A stretch of DNA of 64,000 nucleotides from a virus. Below are positions 17,573 through 27,656 of the stretch, in pieces (the first letter of the stretch is position 1; each line of letters begins with the position of its first letter). A model generated the notes under the pieces. The model saw only the letters and a list, made by a program, of their open reading frames with translations, made no database searches and was not told the origin of the DNA. The translations under genes were made by a program, and so were the position numbers. The stretch is taken from IMG/VR virus record IMGVR_UViG_3300045988_052780; one strand, written 5' to 3'.

Positions 17573-19332
17573 TACCAGGTAGTTCTGGAAGTGAGTGTGC
17601 TAATCCAACAAACGAGGTTATAGACACATCACAATTTTTAACTATAGATGGGCATCTGGGGGAATTTAAAACAGAGTCGGATAAAGATATAGCTAGGATA
17701 AATATACGTGCAGTAGGCGTAGACGACGTATATGACAAGGCATCGGCTGACAATAGAATACAGCAAGCTGTCAAACAGTCAATGGATACCCACTTAGCTA
17801 CAGACGATCCGCATAATATTCTTCCTCAGATAGAAGGTAAATTTGAGGGATTGGTAAAGCAGGATGGAACTACGCCATTTACTGCACCTCAAACTGGTGT
17901 TAATCCAGTAAGTGACTTTCATTTAACTACTAAGAGATTTGTGACTGATTTATTGAACAGTCATTTAGCTAAAACAGACCCGCATAATATAATTCCTTTA
18001 GTAGAAGAAATACTTAAGGTATATGTTACTGTTGACCAGATATATAAGAAGGCTGAATTGTACACTAAAAGTGAAGTTGACAAATTAGTTAACAATTGCA
18101 TAAAGAGTGATGGCAGCGTAGCTTTCTTAAGACCTCAATTAGGAGTTACACCTAAAGCTGATAACCATTTATCTACTAAGAAATATGTAGATGATGTAAT
18201 GTTTAACCATTTGGTTGATGCTGATCCACATGGATTCTTAAGCTTACTAAATCAGAGACTTAATAATTACTTCAAGAAATCAGAAACTTATTCTAGAGCT
18301 GAAACATATTCTAGAAATCAAATTGATGCAATTATTAATCAATTAGTAGCAGATGCTGCTAAAGGGGCTATAGAAGAGCATGTAAATCAATACGATCCTC
18401 ATGGTACTCTTAAAGAGATTTACAGCAAGCATTATGTACAGCGTGATGGCACAGTTCCGTTTACTGCACCTCAGAAAGGTGTTGAAGGAACAGAAGAGGA
18501 CGACCTAGTAGTTATGAGTCAGCTGAATAAGCTGAAAGAAGAAATAGGAGAATCAGTAGATAAACTACAACCTATTTGGATTACTAGTGGTCCAGTGCAA
18601 ACTACTGTAGGATTTGTAGAAGATGAAACTGAATTATCAAGAGAAGTAACATTCCAAGAAATTATGGATGCAATATTCTATGGTCAAGCAGTAGATGTTA
18701 AATCTCCTCCTACATGTATCATGGGTGATACAGTAAAAGTGGAAATGTATATTCGTGGACTTCTTACTATTCAGTATGCTGAACTTTATCAAAATGGAGA
18801 ATTAATTGGAACCTTTACTTCGGATGATTTTGAAACCGGAATGCATGTAGTTAATTCGTTACCAATTTACGAAGATACTGAATTTAAATTTGTAGTAACA
18901 CTATTAAATGGAGTTCAGTACGAAGCATCTTCTATTACTAAAGTTAGCTTGCATGTGTTTGTAGGATTGTTACCTAAATGGTATGTAGCCTCTAACGTAA
19001 CCTTTGAATATCTTCAGGAATTAGTTAATGACGACCCTATTAACAATAAGTTTGAATCCTTTGGAGACGATGTTACAGAAATCAAACACAAGTATGAATT
19101 CTCATCACCTAAAGAACTCAAACATTTATTTGTTGCAATACCTAAAGATTACAACGATTTAATTGGGGTTGTTACTCCTGCTCAAGAATTTGGAATTGAA
19201 GCATTTGATGTTATCAGTGATATTCCATTTAAAGTTCCAGGAGCTCCAGAAGATGTTATATATAAACTCTATGTATATAGAGAAGCGTTAGCAATGTTAA
19301 ACTCAGAAGTAACATTTAAATTCGAAGAATAA
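17551..19332 (+). CDS. Tail fiber protein with T4-type tail-fibre repeats (593 aa)
   Basis: Repeated units DDPHNILP ... DGTTPFTAPQTGV ... HLTTKRFV / DGSVAFLRPQLGV ... HLSTKKYV / DGTVPFTAPQKGV. This motif is typical of T-even long and short tail fibres. Confidence 0.6.
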   Translation: MADNTILVPGSSGSECANPTNEVIDTSQFLTIDGHLGEFKTESDKDIARINIRAVGVDDVYDKASADNRIQQAVKQSMDTHLATDDPHNILPQIEGKFEGLVKQDGTTPFTAPQTGVNPVSDFHLTTKRFVTDLLNSHLAKTDPHNIIPLVEEILKVYVTVDQIYKKAELYTKSEVDKLVNNCIKSDGSVAFLRPQLGVTPKADNHLSTKKYVDDVMFNHLVDADPHGFLSLLNQRLNNYFKKSETYSRAETYSRNQIDAIINQLVADAAKGAIEEHVNQYDPHGTLKEIYSKHYVQRDGTVPFTAPQKGVEGTEEDDLVVMSQLNKLKEEIGESVDKLQPIWITSGPVQTTVGFVEDETELSREVTFQEIMDAIFYGQAVDVKSPPTCIMGDTVKVEMYIRGLLTIQYAELYQNGELIGTFTSDDFETGMHVVNSLPIYEDTEFKFVVTLLNGVQYEASSITKVSLHVFVGLLPKWYVASNVTFEYLQELVNDDPINNKFESFGDDVTEIKHKYEFSSPKELKHLFVAIPKDYNDLIGVVTPAQEFGIEAFDVISDIPFKVPGAPEDVIYKLYVYREALAMLNSEVTFKFEE

Positions 19333-22300
19333 TGGGAAAGTATTCCGAACTAATTGGTAGCTTCAAACGTATGGGTAGTTTCCCTATGGAAGCCAACTTC
19401 ATATTTGAGAATGAAACTGCCCTAAAGGACTTTTACAGCTCCCCAGAAGAAGCTGCAACTCTTCATAAGGGATTGCTTAAACTAGTAGCTGACTCAGCCA
19501 CAGGAGAGCAATCCCTGTGGTGGGTTACTAAGAAGCAGACGAATGATGAGTTAGAATTTACTAAACTTATTGATTCTACTTCAGTAGAAAGTCTAGAGGA
19601 GCTAGCAGAGAAGTTAGAGAAAGAGATTTATGACAGACAAGTAGCTGATGATGCAATTTATGGAAGTTCTGACCATACAGTTGTTCCGGAAGATCTTAAT
19701 AGCTTACTTAAAATAGCAGAAGCAATTGCTGAGTTAAGAGAGGCTATAGAAGAAGATGGAGGTAAGGTAGACACTATTAAAGAAGAACTTAAAGCTACGG
19801 TAGGTACTGAACTTGATGACATTAGAGAGTATCTGAAGACTCTTGATTATCAGTCACTTACAGCTGTTTCAAAAGAATTACATAGATTCTTAGCAACTAG
19901 AGAACCTGATACTGATTCTATTGACACATTTCCAGAATTACTTGATTTCTTAGCTGGATTCAAGGATACTGATGTGTTGCAAGATGTACTAGATACACTG
20001 GTTGCAGATATAATGGGAGATCCTCTTCCAACTGAACCTTTTAGAACTCTTAGAGGAATAGAGGACTTTGTTAGAGAATTTAAAGCACAATCTGAGAATA
20101 CAGATGCTAATTTACAAACTGAACTAGACCAGACACAAGTTGGTGTGGGACTTAGTGGTGATGGAGCATATAATCCTGATAAGGAAACTTATTATTTGAA
20201 AGATGCTACATCAGTAATGAATGCACTTAAAATTCTCGACAGTCTTATTAACGAAGCTATTAATAACTGCAACTTAGAAGTAGAAGATACTAACACAGTT
20301 GATTTAACTATTAATAAGCAGACTACTAAAACTGTATTATCAGCTGACGTTAAAATCTCTACTAACGATGGTAATGGTATTCAAGCTAAGAATGACGGAC
20401 TATTCTACAAATTAGAAACTGAATATGAGAATGGAATCTTAACTGTAAAGGTTAATGATAACATTATTAGTAGACATACTATAGGATTATCTACTATTGT
20501 AGAAAGTGCTAAATACGACCCAGACCAGGAAGCTATTATAATGGTGTTTAAACTCCTTGATGGAAGTAAACAAGAATTAGTAATTCCTGTAGGAACACTT
20601 ATTAGGGAATGGGAAGTTGATAACAGCCATCCTACTAAGGTTGTAGTTCTTGAAAAGGAAGATGTATTAGGAGGAGGTACTGACAAACTATCAGCAGACG
20701 TTAGATTGTATGTTGATAAGTATCAAATACTTGAGAAGAGGGATAACACTCTCTATGTAAAGGGTACTACAGATAACCTAACTCATAATGATGAAGCCCT
20801 TGATGTAGTTATTGATAGAATTATATCTAGTGGTTCTGATACAAATGACGCATTACAGGCTGAAATTGACAGAGCTAAAGCAGCTGAACAAGCATTAGAT
20901 AATAAAATTACTGCTGAAACTACTAGAGCTGATAAAGTTGAAACTCAACTTAGAAACGATTTAGATGCAGAGATTAAGCGTGCCACTGGAGTGGAAACTG
21001 ATTTGCAGAAGCAAATTGATAATCTTCAAGATTCAACTAGTACAGATATTTCTGAATTAGAAGCTGCACTTAAAGCGGAAGTAGAAAGATCTACTGAGAA
21101 GGATGCAGCTCATGATACTGCGATATCTGAAGAGGTAGCAAGAGCTACAGAAGCAGAGAATCAGCTAAGAAGAGACTTAACTACAACTAATGAGAAGGTT
21201 ACTGCTAACACTGCTAATATAGAGAAGAATGCAGATGCTATAGCTAAGGAAACTGAACGTGCTACAGCAGCAGAATCTAGCTTATCAGACGGACTTAGAG
21301 CTGAAATAGAAAGAGCAACTACTAAGGAAACTGAACTAGAAGGTGCAATAACTACTCATATTAACGATACTAACAACCCACATAATGTAACTAAAGAGCA
21401 AGTAGGTTTAGGGAAAGTAGACAATACTACAGATTTAGAGAAACCTGTCTCAGTAGCAACACAGGCTGCTTTAGATACTAAAGCGGATAAAACTTATGTT
21501 GATGCACAATTAGATACTAAAGCTCCTATTGATTCTCCAGTATTTAAGGGCAATCCTCAAGTAGAGAATCCTCCAGCACCAAATGATAGCTCTAATAGAA
21601 TCCCATCTACAGCATGGGTGAATGAAACTATTAAAAATTCAGTCAGTGATGGTCTGGAGGCACATATAAAAGATTTTAATAATCCACACAAAGTAACAGC
21701 AGAACAAACTGGTGCATATACTAAGGAGCAAGTTGATGGACTTCTTGATACTAAAGCGGACTTAGTAGATGGCAAGATACCAGCAGATCAGCTTCCCGAT
21801 GATGTTAAGGATTCTGTTCACTATGATGGAACATGGGATGCTGCTACCAACTCACCTGCATTAGTTCCCGGAGATAAAGATTCTACTGGTAAATATTACC
21901 TAGTTACATCTAATGGTGTCTTTGACGGAATACAATACAATAAGGGAGACCTCATTATTAATGCAGATGGTCAATGGATTAAAATAGACAACACTGACTT
22001 AGTAACCTCTGTCAATGGTAAAATAGGTGATGTAGTAATCAGAATAGCTGATATTGAAAACCTACAGAATATCTTAGATAGTAAGGCTAATAGTAGTGAT
22101 GTTTATACTAAGCAGGAAATTGATAATAAGCTCGCTGATTTATTAAATCAACATACTCAAGATATTGAGAATGTTCAACAGAGTATTACTAATATTGAAG
22201 GGGATATTACTAACCTTACTAACAATAAGGCGGATTTAATAGATGGTAAGATTCCTACTAATCAGCTTCCAGACTCTATCATTGGAGGAATGAAGTATAT

Positions 22301-25010
22301 GGGTACCTGGAGTGCTAAAGATAATGACCCACAACTTAACAATGGAGATCCAACTCAAGACGGCTGGTATTACATAGTATCAGAAGCTGGTGAGAGATTT
22401 GGAGAGGTCTTTGACGTTAAAGATTGGGTTGTTAACTCTAAAGGTACTTGGGGTAAAATTGACAATGTAGATTCTGTAGTTTCAGTAAATGGCAAGAAGG
22501 GAATAGTAATCATAGAAATAGGTGACATTCCCGGATTGAAGGATGCAATAGACAAGGGAGGTACAGGATTAGAAGACCATATAACTGATTACAATAATCC
22601 TCATAGAGTTACTGCTGAACAGGTAGGGTCTTATACTAAAGAGGAAACAAATAATCTGTTAAGTAATAAGGCGGATTTAGTAAATGGTATTATACCTGAA
22701 AACCAGATTCCAACTAACATTAGAGAGTCAGTCCATTATGAAGGTACTTGGGATGCAGAGACTAATGCACCAGCTCTTAAACCTCAACAACCTGAAGCTA
22801 ACGGATTCTACTACTTAGTAACTGTTGCTGGTAGATTCAACGGAGTTGATTATGAGCCAGGAGACTTAATTTTAAATGCGGGTGGTCAGTGGGTAAAGAT
22901 TGATAATTCTGATTTAGTTACTTCAGTTAATGGAATGATAGGAGATGTTATTATTAACATACAAGACATTCCAGGACTTGAAGATAAATTGAATGGAGCT
23001 GAAGGAGACTTTAGTGAAATCAATAAAGCCATAGAAGAAATCAGAAATAATATTATTAATCTTACTAATAATAAAGCTGATCTAGAAGATGGCGTAGTTC
23101 CTGAGAATCAATTGCCAGAAACAATCAAAGGTTGTCTTAAATATCATGGTTCATGGAATGCTGCTGATAATGATCCTATGTTATCCAACGATGATGTTGA
23201 TAAAGAAGGATGGTATTATATAGTATCTAGTGCTGGAACTAGATTTAACAACTCGTTTGCTGTAGGTGACTGGGTAGTTAATTCCGGAGGTACTTGGACT
23301 AGAGTTAATAATGCTGATGCAGTAATTTCTGTAAACGGACAATCTGGAATTGTTAATATTGAAATTGATGATATTCCTGGATTAAAGGATGCTCTTGATA
23401 GTACTGATAAACTTATAGATGATCACATTAGGGACTTTAACAATCCTCATAAGGTTACTAAAGACCAGATAGGATTAGGCAAAGTAGAGAATTATTCTCC
23501 CGCTGAAATGCCTATTAGTAATGCAGTCCAAACTGAGATTACTAGAATTGATAAAGAACTCTTAGGTGCAGCTACTGATTTAACAGCACATATTAAGGAT
23601 ACAAATAATCCTCATCAGACTACCAAAGAACAGGTTGGACTTGGCAAGGTAGATAATACAAGTGACTTAGAGAAGCCGATTTCAGTACCACAGCAAAATG
23701 AATTTAATAGAGTGGACAGAGAGCTTGATAAGAAAGCCTTACAAACTGACTTAGCAGCGCATGTCTCTGATTTCAATAATCCACATCATGTTACTAAGGA
23801 ACAAGTTGGATTAGGTAAAGTGGATAACACTTCAGACCTTGAGAAACCAATCTCTATTGCAGTTCAAGAAGCTCTTAATAATATTAAGATTGATGCTACT
23901 GGATATGCTACTAAAGAGGAACTTACTAATCACATTAATGATAAGAATAATCCTCATAATGTAACTAAGGAGCAAATAGGACTTGGTAATGTAGATAACA
24001 CGTCAGATATGAATAAGCCTATTTCTACAGCTACTCAAATGGCTTTAGATAAGAAAGCAGATGTTCATCACAGTCATACAATGACTGATATTACTGACTT
24101 AGAAAATCTACCTATTATTAAGGGATTTGTAACTGTGTTATCTGAACTTCCCGAATCTGCAACTGGAGGTGATAAATACATTATGTCTACACAGGTAGGT
24201 TCTGGCAGCACTAGATACACTCTACTTGAATTTGATGGAGCTACAGGAACCTGGAAACAGAAGTTATTAACCACAGGAGGAATTGCAGCTGTAATTGATG
24301 GAGATGTATGGGAGCTTACTAGTAAAGGTATTAAGAGAGTACTCGATGCTGACGACTATAAGTATTTCTATGATAAAGTATGGGGAGAAACTAAAGACTT
24401 AGTTCAATCTATAGAATGGGACGATACTGTTAGTAATAAGATAAGATTAAAGGTTACTACCAAGAAATCTTATGCAGATCCTAATACTGATGAAGCTACT
24501 AAACCAACAGTTACTCCTAAAGTAACATATATTGATATTGAGAAGGAAAGATTTATGTCTTCTGCCTACTCAAGACCTGCTACTCAGGAGGATGTTAATA
24601 ATGGTTATGCTAGTAAAGTTGGCGTTCCAGTTCTTGTGATTGAGCTTACTACTGGTGATGAGATAGTTATCGACTTAACTGATACGATGAACATCTATGA
24701 CCCGATAGATACATCTTCTATTAATATGGAAGTATCTAATTGGACTGGTACTGCTGCTACATCATATAAAATCTCTGCAACTCTTAAAATTGCTGAGAAC
24801 TCTGATGCAGTCAAACTAGTAGATAATGGTACTTCTGGTGTATATGCTAGACTAGATAAGAAGAATACAAACTCAATTCAAATGGTTGATGATGGTTCTT
24901 TATCTGCTAATCTAGTAATTGATACTGCTAAGAATAATCTTTCTGACATATTATTAACTATAGGAGCTGCTGGATTATCCGCCCAATTTATAGTAGGAGA
25001 ATATGACTAA
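19332..25010 (+). CDS. Giant tail fiber or receptor-binding protein (1892 aa) with an N-terminal coiled coil, at least 7 copies of a short NNPHxVTxEQxGLGKVDNTSDLEKPIS motif and 4-5 copies of a roughly 100-aa domain
   Basis: Repeats read directly in the translation, for example HINDTNNPHNVTKEQVGLGKVDNTTDLEKPVS and DGKIP.DQLPD...Y.GTW.A..N.P.L...GWYY.V...G.RF......DWV.N..G.W.KIDN.D.V.SVNG..G.V.I.I.DIPGL. The motif resembles phage tail-fibre repeat families. Confidence 0.75.
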   Translation: MGKYSELIGSFKRMGSFPMEANFIFENETALKDFYSSPEEAATLHKGLLKLVADSATGEQSLWWVTKKQTNDELEFTKLIDSTSVESLEELAEKLEKEIYDRQVADDAIYGSSDHTVVPEDLNSLLKIAEAIAELREAIEEDGGKVDTIKEELKATVGTELDDIREYLKTLDYQSLTAVSKELHRFLATREPDTDSIDTFPELLDFLAGFKDTDVLQDVLDTLVADIMGDPLPTEPFRTLRGIEDFVREFKAQSENTDANLQTELDQTQVGVGLSGDGAYNPDKETYYLKDATSVMNALKILDSLINEAINNCNLEVEDTNTVDLTINKQTTKTVLSADVKISTNDGNGIQAKNDGLFYKLETEYENGILTVKVNDNIISRHTIGLSTIVESAKYDPDQEAIIMVFKLLDGSKQELVIPVGTLIREWEVDNSHPTKVVVLEKEDVLGGGTDKLSADVRLYVDKYQILEKRDNTLYVKGTTDNLTHNDEALDVVIDRIISSGSDTNDALQAEIDRAKAAEQALDNKITAETTRADKVETQLRNDLDAEIKRATGVETDLQKQIDNLQDSTSTDISELEAALKAEVERSTEKDAAHDTAISEEVARATEAENQLRRDLTTTNEKVTANTANIEKNADAIAKETERATAAESSLSDGLRAEIERATTKETELEGAITTHINDTNNPHNVTKEQVGLGKVDNTTDLEKPVSVATQAALDTKADKTYVDAQLDTKAPIDSPVFKGNPQVENPPAPNDSSNRIPSTAWVNETIKNSVSDGLEAHIKDFNNPHKVTAEQTGAYTKEQVDGLLDTKADLVDGKIPADQLPDDVKDSVHYDGTWDAATNSPALVPGDKDSTGKYYLVTSNGVFDGIQYNKGDLIINADGQWIKIDNTDLVTSVNGKIGDVVIRIADIENLQNILDSKANSSDVYTKQEIDNKLADLLNQHTQDIENVQQSITNIEGDITNLTNNKADLIDGKIPTNQLPDSIIGGMKYMGTWSAKDNDPQLNNGDPTQDGWYYIVSEAGERFGEVFDVKDWVVNSKGTWGKIDNVDSVVSVNGKKGIVIIEIGDIPGLKDAIDKGGTGLEDHITDYNNPHRVTAEQVGSYTKEETNNLLSNKADLVNGIIPENQIPTNIRESVHYEGTWDAETNAPALKPQQPEANGFYYLVTVAGRFNGVDYEPGDLILNAGGQWVKIDNSDLVTSVNGMIGDVIINIQDIPGLEDKLNGAEGDFSEINKAIEEIRNNIINLTNNKADLEDGVVPENQLPETIKGCLKYHGSWNAADNDPMLSNDDVDKEGWYYIVSSAGTRFNNSFAVGDWVVNSGGTWTRVNNADAVISVNGQSGIVNIEIDDIPGLKDALDSTDKLIDDHIRDFNNPHKVTKDQIGLGKVENYSPAEMPISNAVQTEITRIDKELLGAATDLTAHIKDTNNPHQTTKEQVGLGKVDNTSDLEKPISVPQQNEFNRVDRELDKKALQTDLAAHVSDFNNPHHVTKEQVGLGKVDNTSDLEKPISIAVQEALNNIKIDATGYATKEELTNHINDKNNPHNVTKEQIGLGNVDNTSDMNKPISTATQMALDKKADVHHSHTMTDITDLENLPIIKGFVTVLSELPESATGGDKYIMSTQVGSGSTRYTLLEFDGATGTWKQKLLTTGGIAAVIDGDVWELTSKGIKRVLDADDYKYFYDKVWGETKDLVQSIEWDDTVSNKIRLKVTTKKSYADPNTDEATKPTVTPKVTYIDIEKERFMSSAYSRPATQEDVNNGYASKVGVPVLVIELTTGDEIVIDLTDTMNIYDPIDTSSINMEVSNWTGTAATSYKISATLKIAENSDAVKLVDNGTSGVYARLDKKNTNSIQMVDDGSLSANLVIDTAKNNLSDILLTIGAAGLSAQFIVGEYD
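21750..23400 (+). repeat. Tandem array of about 100-aa (about 300-bp) domain repeats inside the 1892-aa fiber gene
   Basis: Four to five consecutive divergent copies beginning near 21770, 22240, 22690 and 23080. Confidence 0.6.
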
Positions 25011-26388
25011 ACCATTGAAACAAGCACCAAGACCACAGAATATGAGCCAATTAGATTATTTATGGACCTATTTTGGCTCATATGAAGTGTCTGATTCCTT
25101 GGATACTCCAAACTCTATACCAACTTCAGAAGCCGTTAAACAATTTGTGACGGCTTCTGAGGTAGGCATAGTAGAATTAGGCACTGAGGAGTTAAGTAAT
25201 AATAAAATCAAGATATTTGGTTTAGATGCTAATGGACAAGAACTAACATCTGTTCAGATAGATAAAGATGTTAAAGTTGTTGGATTCACTAGACATAAAC
25301 TAACACAAGAAAATGTAGATAATGGAATTCCTGGAATTGTAGGAGAAGAATGGTTAAAGCTTACAAATTCTGATGGTTCTGAATTCTTCGTAAGCTTAGA
25401 ATCCTTTAATATAAAGGGTCATGAGACTGATACTACTATTACTGAGGTGATAGATAGTGTAGTAAGTTCTACAGTTAAGATTAATAATCCTACTCTTACC
25501 AGAACAGTAGATATTAAAACTACTCCTCATGGTATATACGCTGATCTAGTTATTAATCCTGACACCAAGTCAAAGGTCTTAGTAGTTAAGGGTAAGAACG
25601 GAATTGAATGTCAGTTTAACTGGCAGGATACTAATACAGCTGTAGGTCTTCAAGCACTTACGTTTGCTGCTTATCAACTCATAACTCCAGACCCTGGTAC
25701 CATTTACTTCATCACTGATGAGAAGGCTATCTATTTCCAAGGAGCGAAATATTCTGCTGTAGGATTGGACCCTAATCAATATGCTACTAAGGATGACTTA
25801 AAGTTTGCTGTTAAGGAAGAAACTGATAGAGCAGAAGCCGCTGAGGAAGCTTTAGAAGAGAAGATTGAAACTATTGAACTGGGATTGTCTAAGATGGTTA
25901 AGTGGATAGATATCAAGACTGAAGAGAATCCTAATAGAAAGGCTATAGTATTGGGTAATCATGATACTTTATTAGGAACTACTACAGACGGTAATACTTA
26001 TAATTTAGCTATGATTTCTAAATGGAATATAGCTGATTTTGGTACTACTAAACTTCCACTTAATTTTAATGGACTTAATAAGAGACCTACATACAATGAT
26101 AAATATGTAATCCCAGTATTAGATAACGTACCTACAACAGAATTACCTAGTCGTAAAGCCCTTACACTAGAGAATGGAGACATGATTATAGGTAAGAATA
26201 CCAAAGGTGGTTCTGGCAATCTTATTATGGTTAACAGGTGGGATGTAGTTGATATAGGTACCCCTTCTATGCCACTAAATTTAAATACCCCAATAGATAA
26301 AAGACCTACAGTTCAAACCAGTGGACAATCTGGTGAACAAGCTAATGAGATTGCATATTTGAGTGATTTAAGTTGGACAGACGTATAA
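25003..26388 (+). CDS. Tail fiber-associated protein with an internal duplicated C-terminal domain (461 aa)
   Basis: Two similar segments: NPNRKAIVLGNHDTLLGTTTDGNTYNLAMISKWNIADFGTTKLPLNFNGLNKRPT and SRKALTLENGDMIIGKNTKGGSGNLIMVNRWDVVDIGTPSMPLNLNTPIDKRPT. Sits within the fiber cluster. Confidence 0.5.
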   Translation: MTKPLKQAPRPQNMSQLDYLWTYFGSYEVSDSLDTPNSIPTSEAVKQFVTASEVGIVELGTEELSNNKIKIFGLDANGQELTSVQIDKDVKVVGFTRHKLTQENVDNGIPGIVGEEWLKLTNSDGSEFFVSLESFNIKGHETDTTITEVIDSVVSSTVKINNPTLTRTVDIKTTPHGIYADLVINPDTKSKVLVVKGKNGIECQFNWQDTNTAVGLQALTFAAYQLITPDPGTIYFITDEKAIYFQGAKYSAVGLDPNQYATKDDLKFAVKEETDRAEAAEEALEEKIETIELGLSKMVKWIDIKTEENPNRKAIVLGNHDTLLGTTTDGNTYNLAMISKWNIADFGTTKLPLNFNGLNKRPTYNDKYVIPVLDNVPTTELPSRKALTLENGDMIIGKNTKGGSGNLIMVNRWDVVDIGTPSMPLNLNTPIDKRPTVQTSGQSGEQANEIAYLSDLSWTDV

Positions 26389-26390
26389 TT

Positions 26391-27608
26391 ATGGCTAAAT
26401 TCTTCTTTAGAGGTTTAAAAGAAAAGTACAGTGCAGAATTGCACGCTAACGGATTCTATGTAGCTACTGATACACATGAGCTTATTGCTGGTGGTGTAAC
26501 TGTAGGCATTAATCCAGAACAGATGCAAGCTATTTTAGATTTCATGGCTAGTAAAGGCCAACCTAATGGACTAGCTACTCTTGACGAGAATGGTAAAGTA
26601 CCAGTATCTCAATTAAATGGAGAACTTGCTAGAGTAGTAGGTTTAGAATCTTTCGTAGCTAATAGAGCAGCCCTAGATAGTATTGAAGCAGAAGTGGGAG
26701 ATAAATATTATACTGAAGCAGAGAAGAAGATTTACACTAAGACAGTAGATGGTTGGGATGAAGGTCAAGAGCCTCATAGTGATACTATCTACAATCACAG
26801 ACTTCCGGACTCAGAAGGTAGAACTAATGTAATCTATAGATGGGATGGTCAGACGATGGTAGAAATTTCTGCTTCTATTGCTCTAGGTGAAGTAGAAGGA
26901 ACTGCTTATGAAGGTAGTAAAGGTAAAGCTAATGCTGATAAAATTACTAAACTGCAATCTGACCTAACTTATGTAGCTAATACATTAATTCCTGAAATGA
27001 ATACTAATACGGCTAAAGCTTTAGCTCAAAAAGTAGACTGGGATGCAGCTAAGAAAGTAATTAGTTTACCAGCAGACGGTTCTATTTCAGCATTAAGACC
27101 GGGTCAAGAAGGTGTAGAGAGTCCTGAAGGTGGAGTTCTTGTTGCCCAAAGACAATATGATTCTGATGTAGTTACAGAGATTGGTACTACTAAGAATAAG
27201 TTAACTCTTAATTCGATTGACGGTAAAGTTAAGGTTGATTATCCTGGTGGTTCTAAGACCGTAGCATATGCAGAAGATGTTGCTACTAATGAAGCATTTG
27301 ATGAACTAAACACAAAGGTTGGAGATCCAGGTAATGGTAGTACAGTTCCTCCCACTGGAATCTTTAAACTGATTCATGATGATGAGGTTACTGTAGCTGA
27401 AGCTCTTAATGATTTGAATGAAAGAGTTGGAGAAACTCCAGTAGTGGATCAAATTCAAACGGCAGTTGACGCTCTGAAAGGCGGAGTATCTACCGAATAT
27501 GATACATTAAAGAAGATTGAAGACCTACTTAAACAAGGAGATACTGATACTTTAGCAGCAGCTAAAGAGTATACAGATGCTTCATTTGAGTGGTTTGATG
27601 TAGAGTAA
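26391..27608 (+). CDS. Tail fiber protein (about 405 aa; the ORF track offers 26373 as an alternative start)
   Basis: N-terminus MAKFFFRGLKEKY...GFYVATDT resembles the N-termini of the fibers at 27657 and 31210. Coiled-coil-rich. Confidence 0.5.
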   Translation: MAKFFFRGLKEKYSAELHANGFYVATDTHELIAGGVTVGINPEQMQAILDFMASKGQPNGLATLDENGKVPVSQLNGELARVVGLESFVANRAALDSIEAEVGDKYYTEAEKKIYTKTVDGWDEGQEPHSDTIYNHRLPDSEGRTNVIYRWDGQTMVEISASIALGEVEGTAYEGSKGKANADKITKLQSDLTYVANTLIPEMNTNTAKALAQKVDWDAAKKVISLPADGSISALRPGQEGVESPEGGVLVAQRQYDSDVVTEIGTTKNKLTLNSIDGKVKVDYPGGSKTVAYAEDVATNEAFDELNTKVGDPGNGSTVPPTGIFKLIHDDEVTVAEALNDLNERVGETPVVDQIQTAVDALKGGVSTEYDTLKKIEDLLKQGDTDTLAAAKEYTDASFEWFDVE

Positions 27609-27611
27609 AAT

Positions 27612-27640
27612 AATAAAGGAGGAGCTGAATACTTCTCCTT
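27612..27640 (+). terminator. Hairpin aaaggag...ctccttt after the fiber gene
   Basis: 7-bp inverted repeat with a 12-nt loop, seen in the sequence. No strong T-run. Confidence 0.3.
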
Positions 27641-27656
27641 TATATAATCTAGTGAT

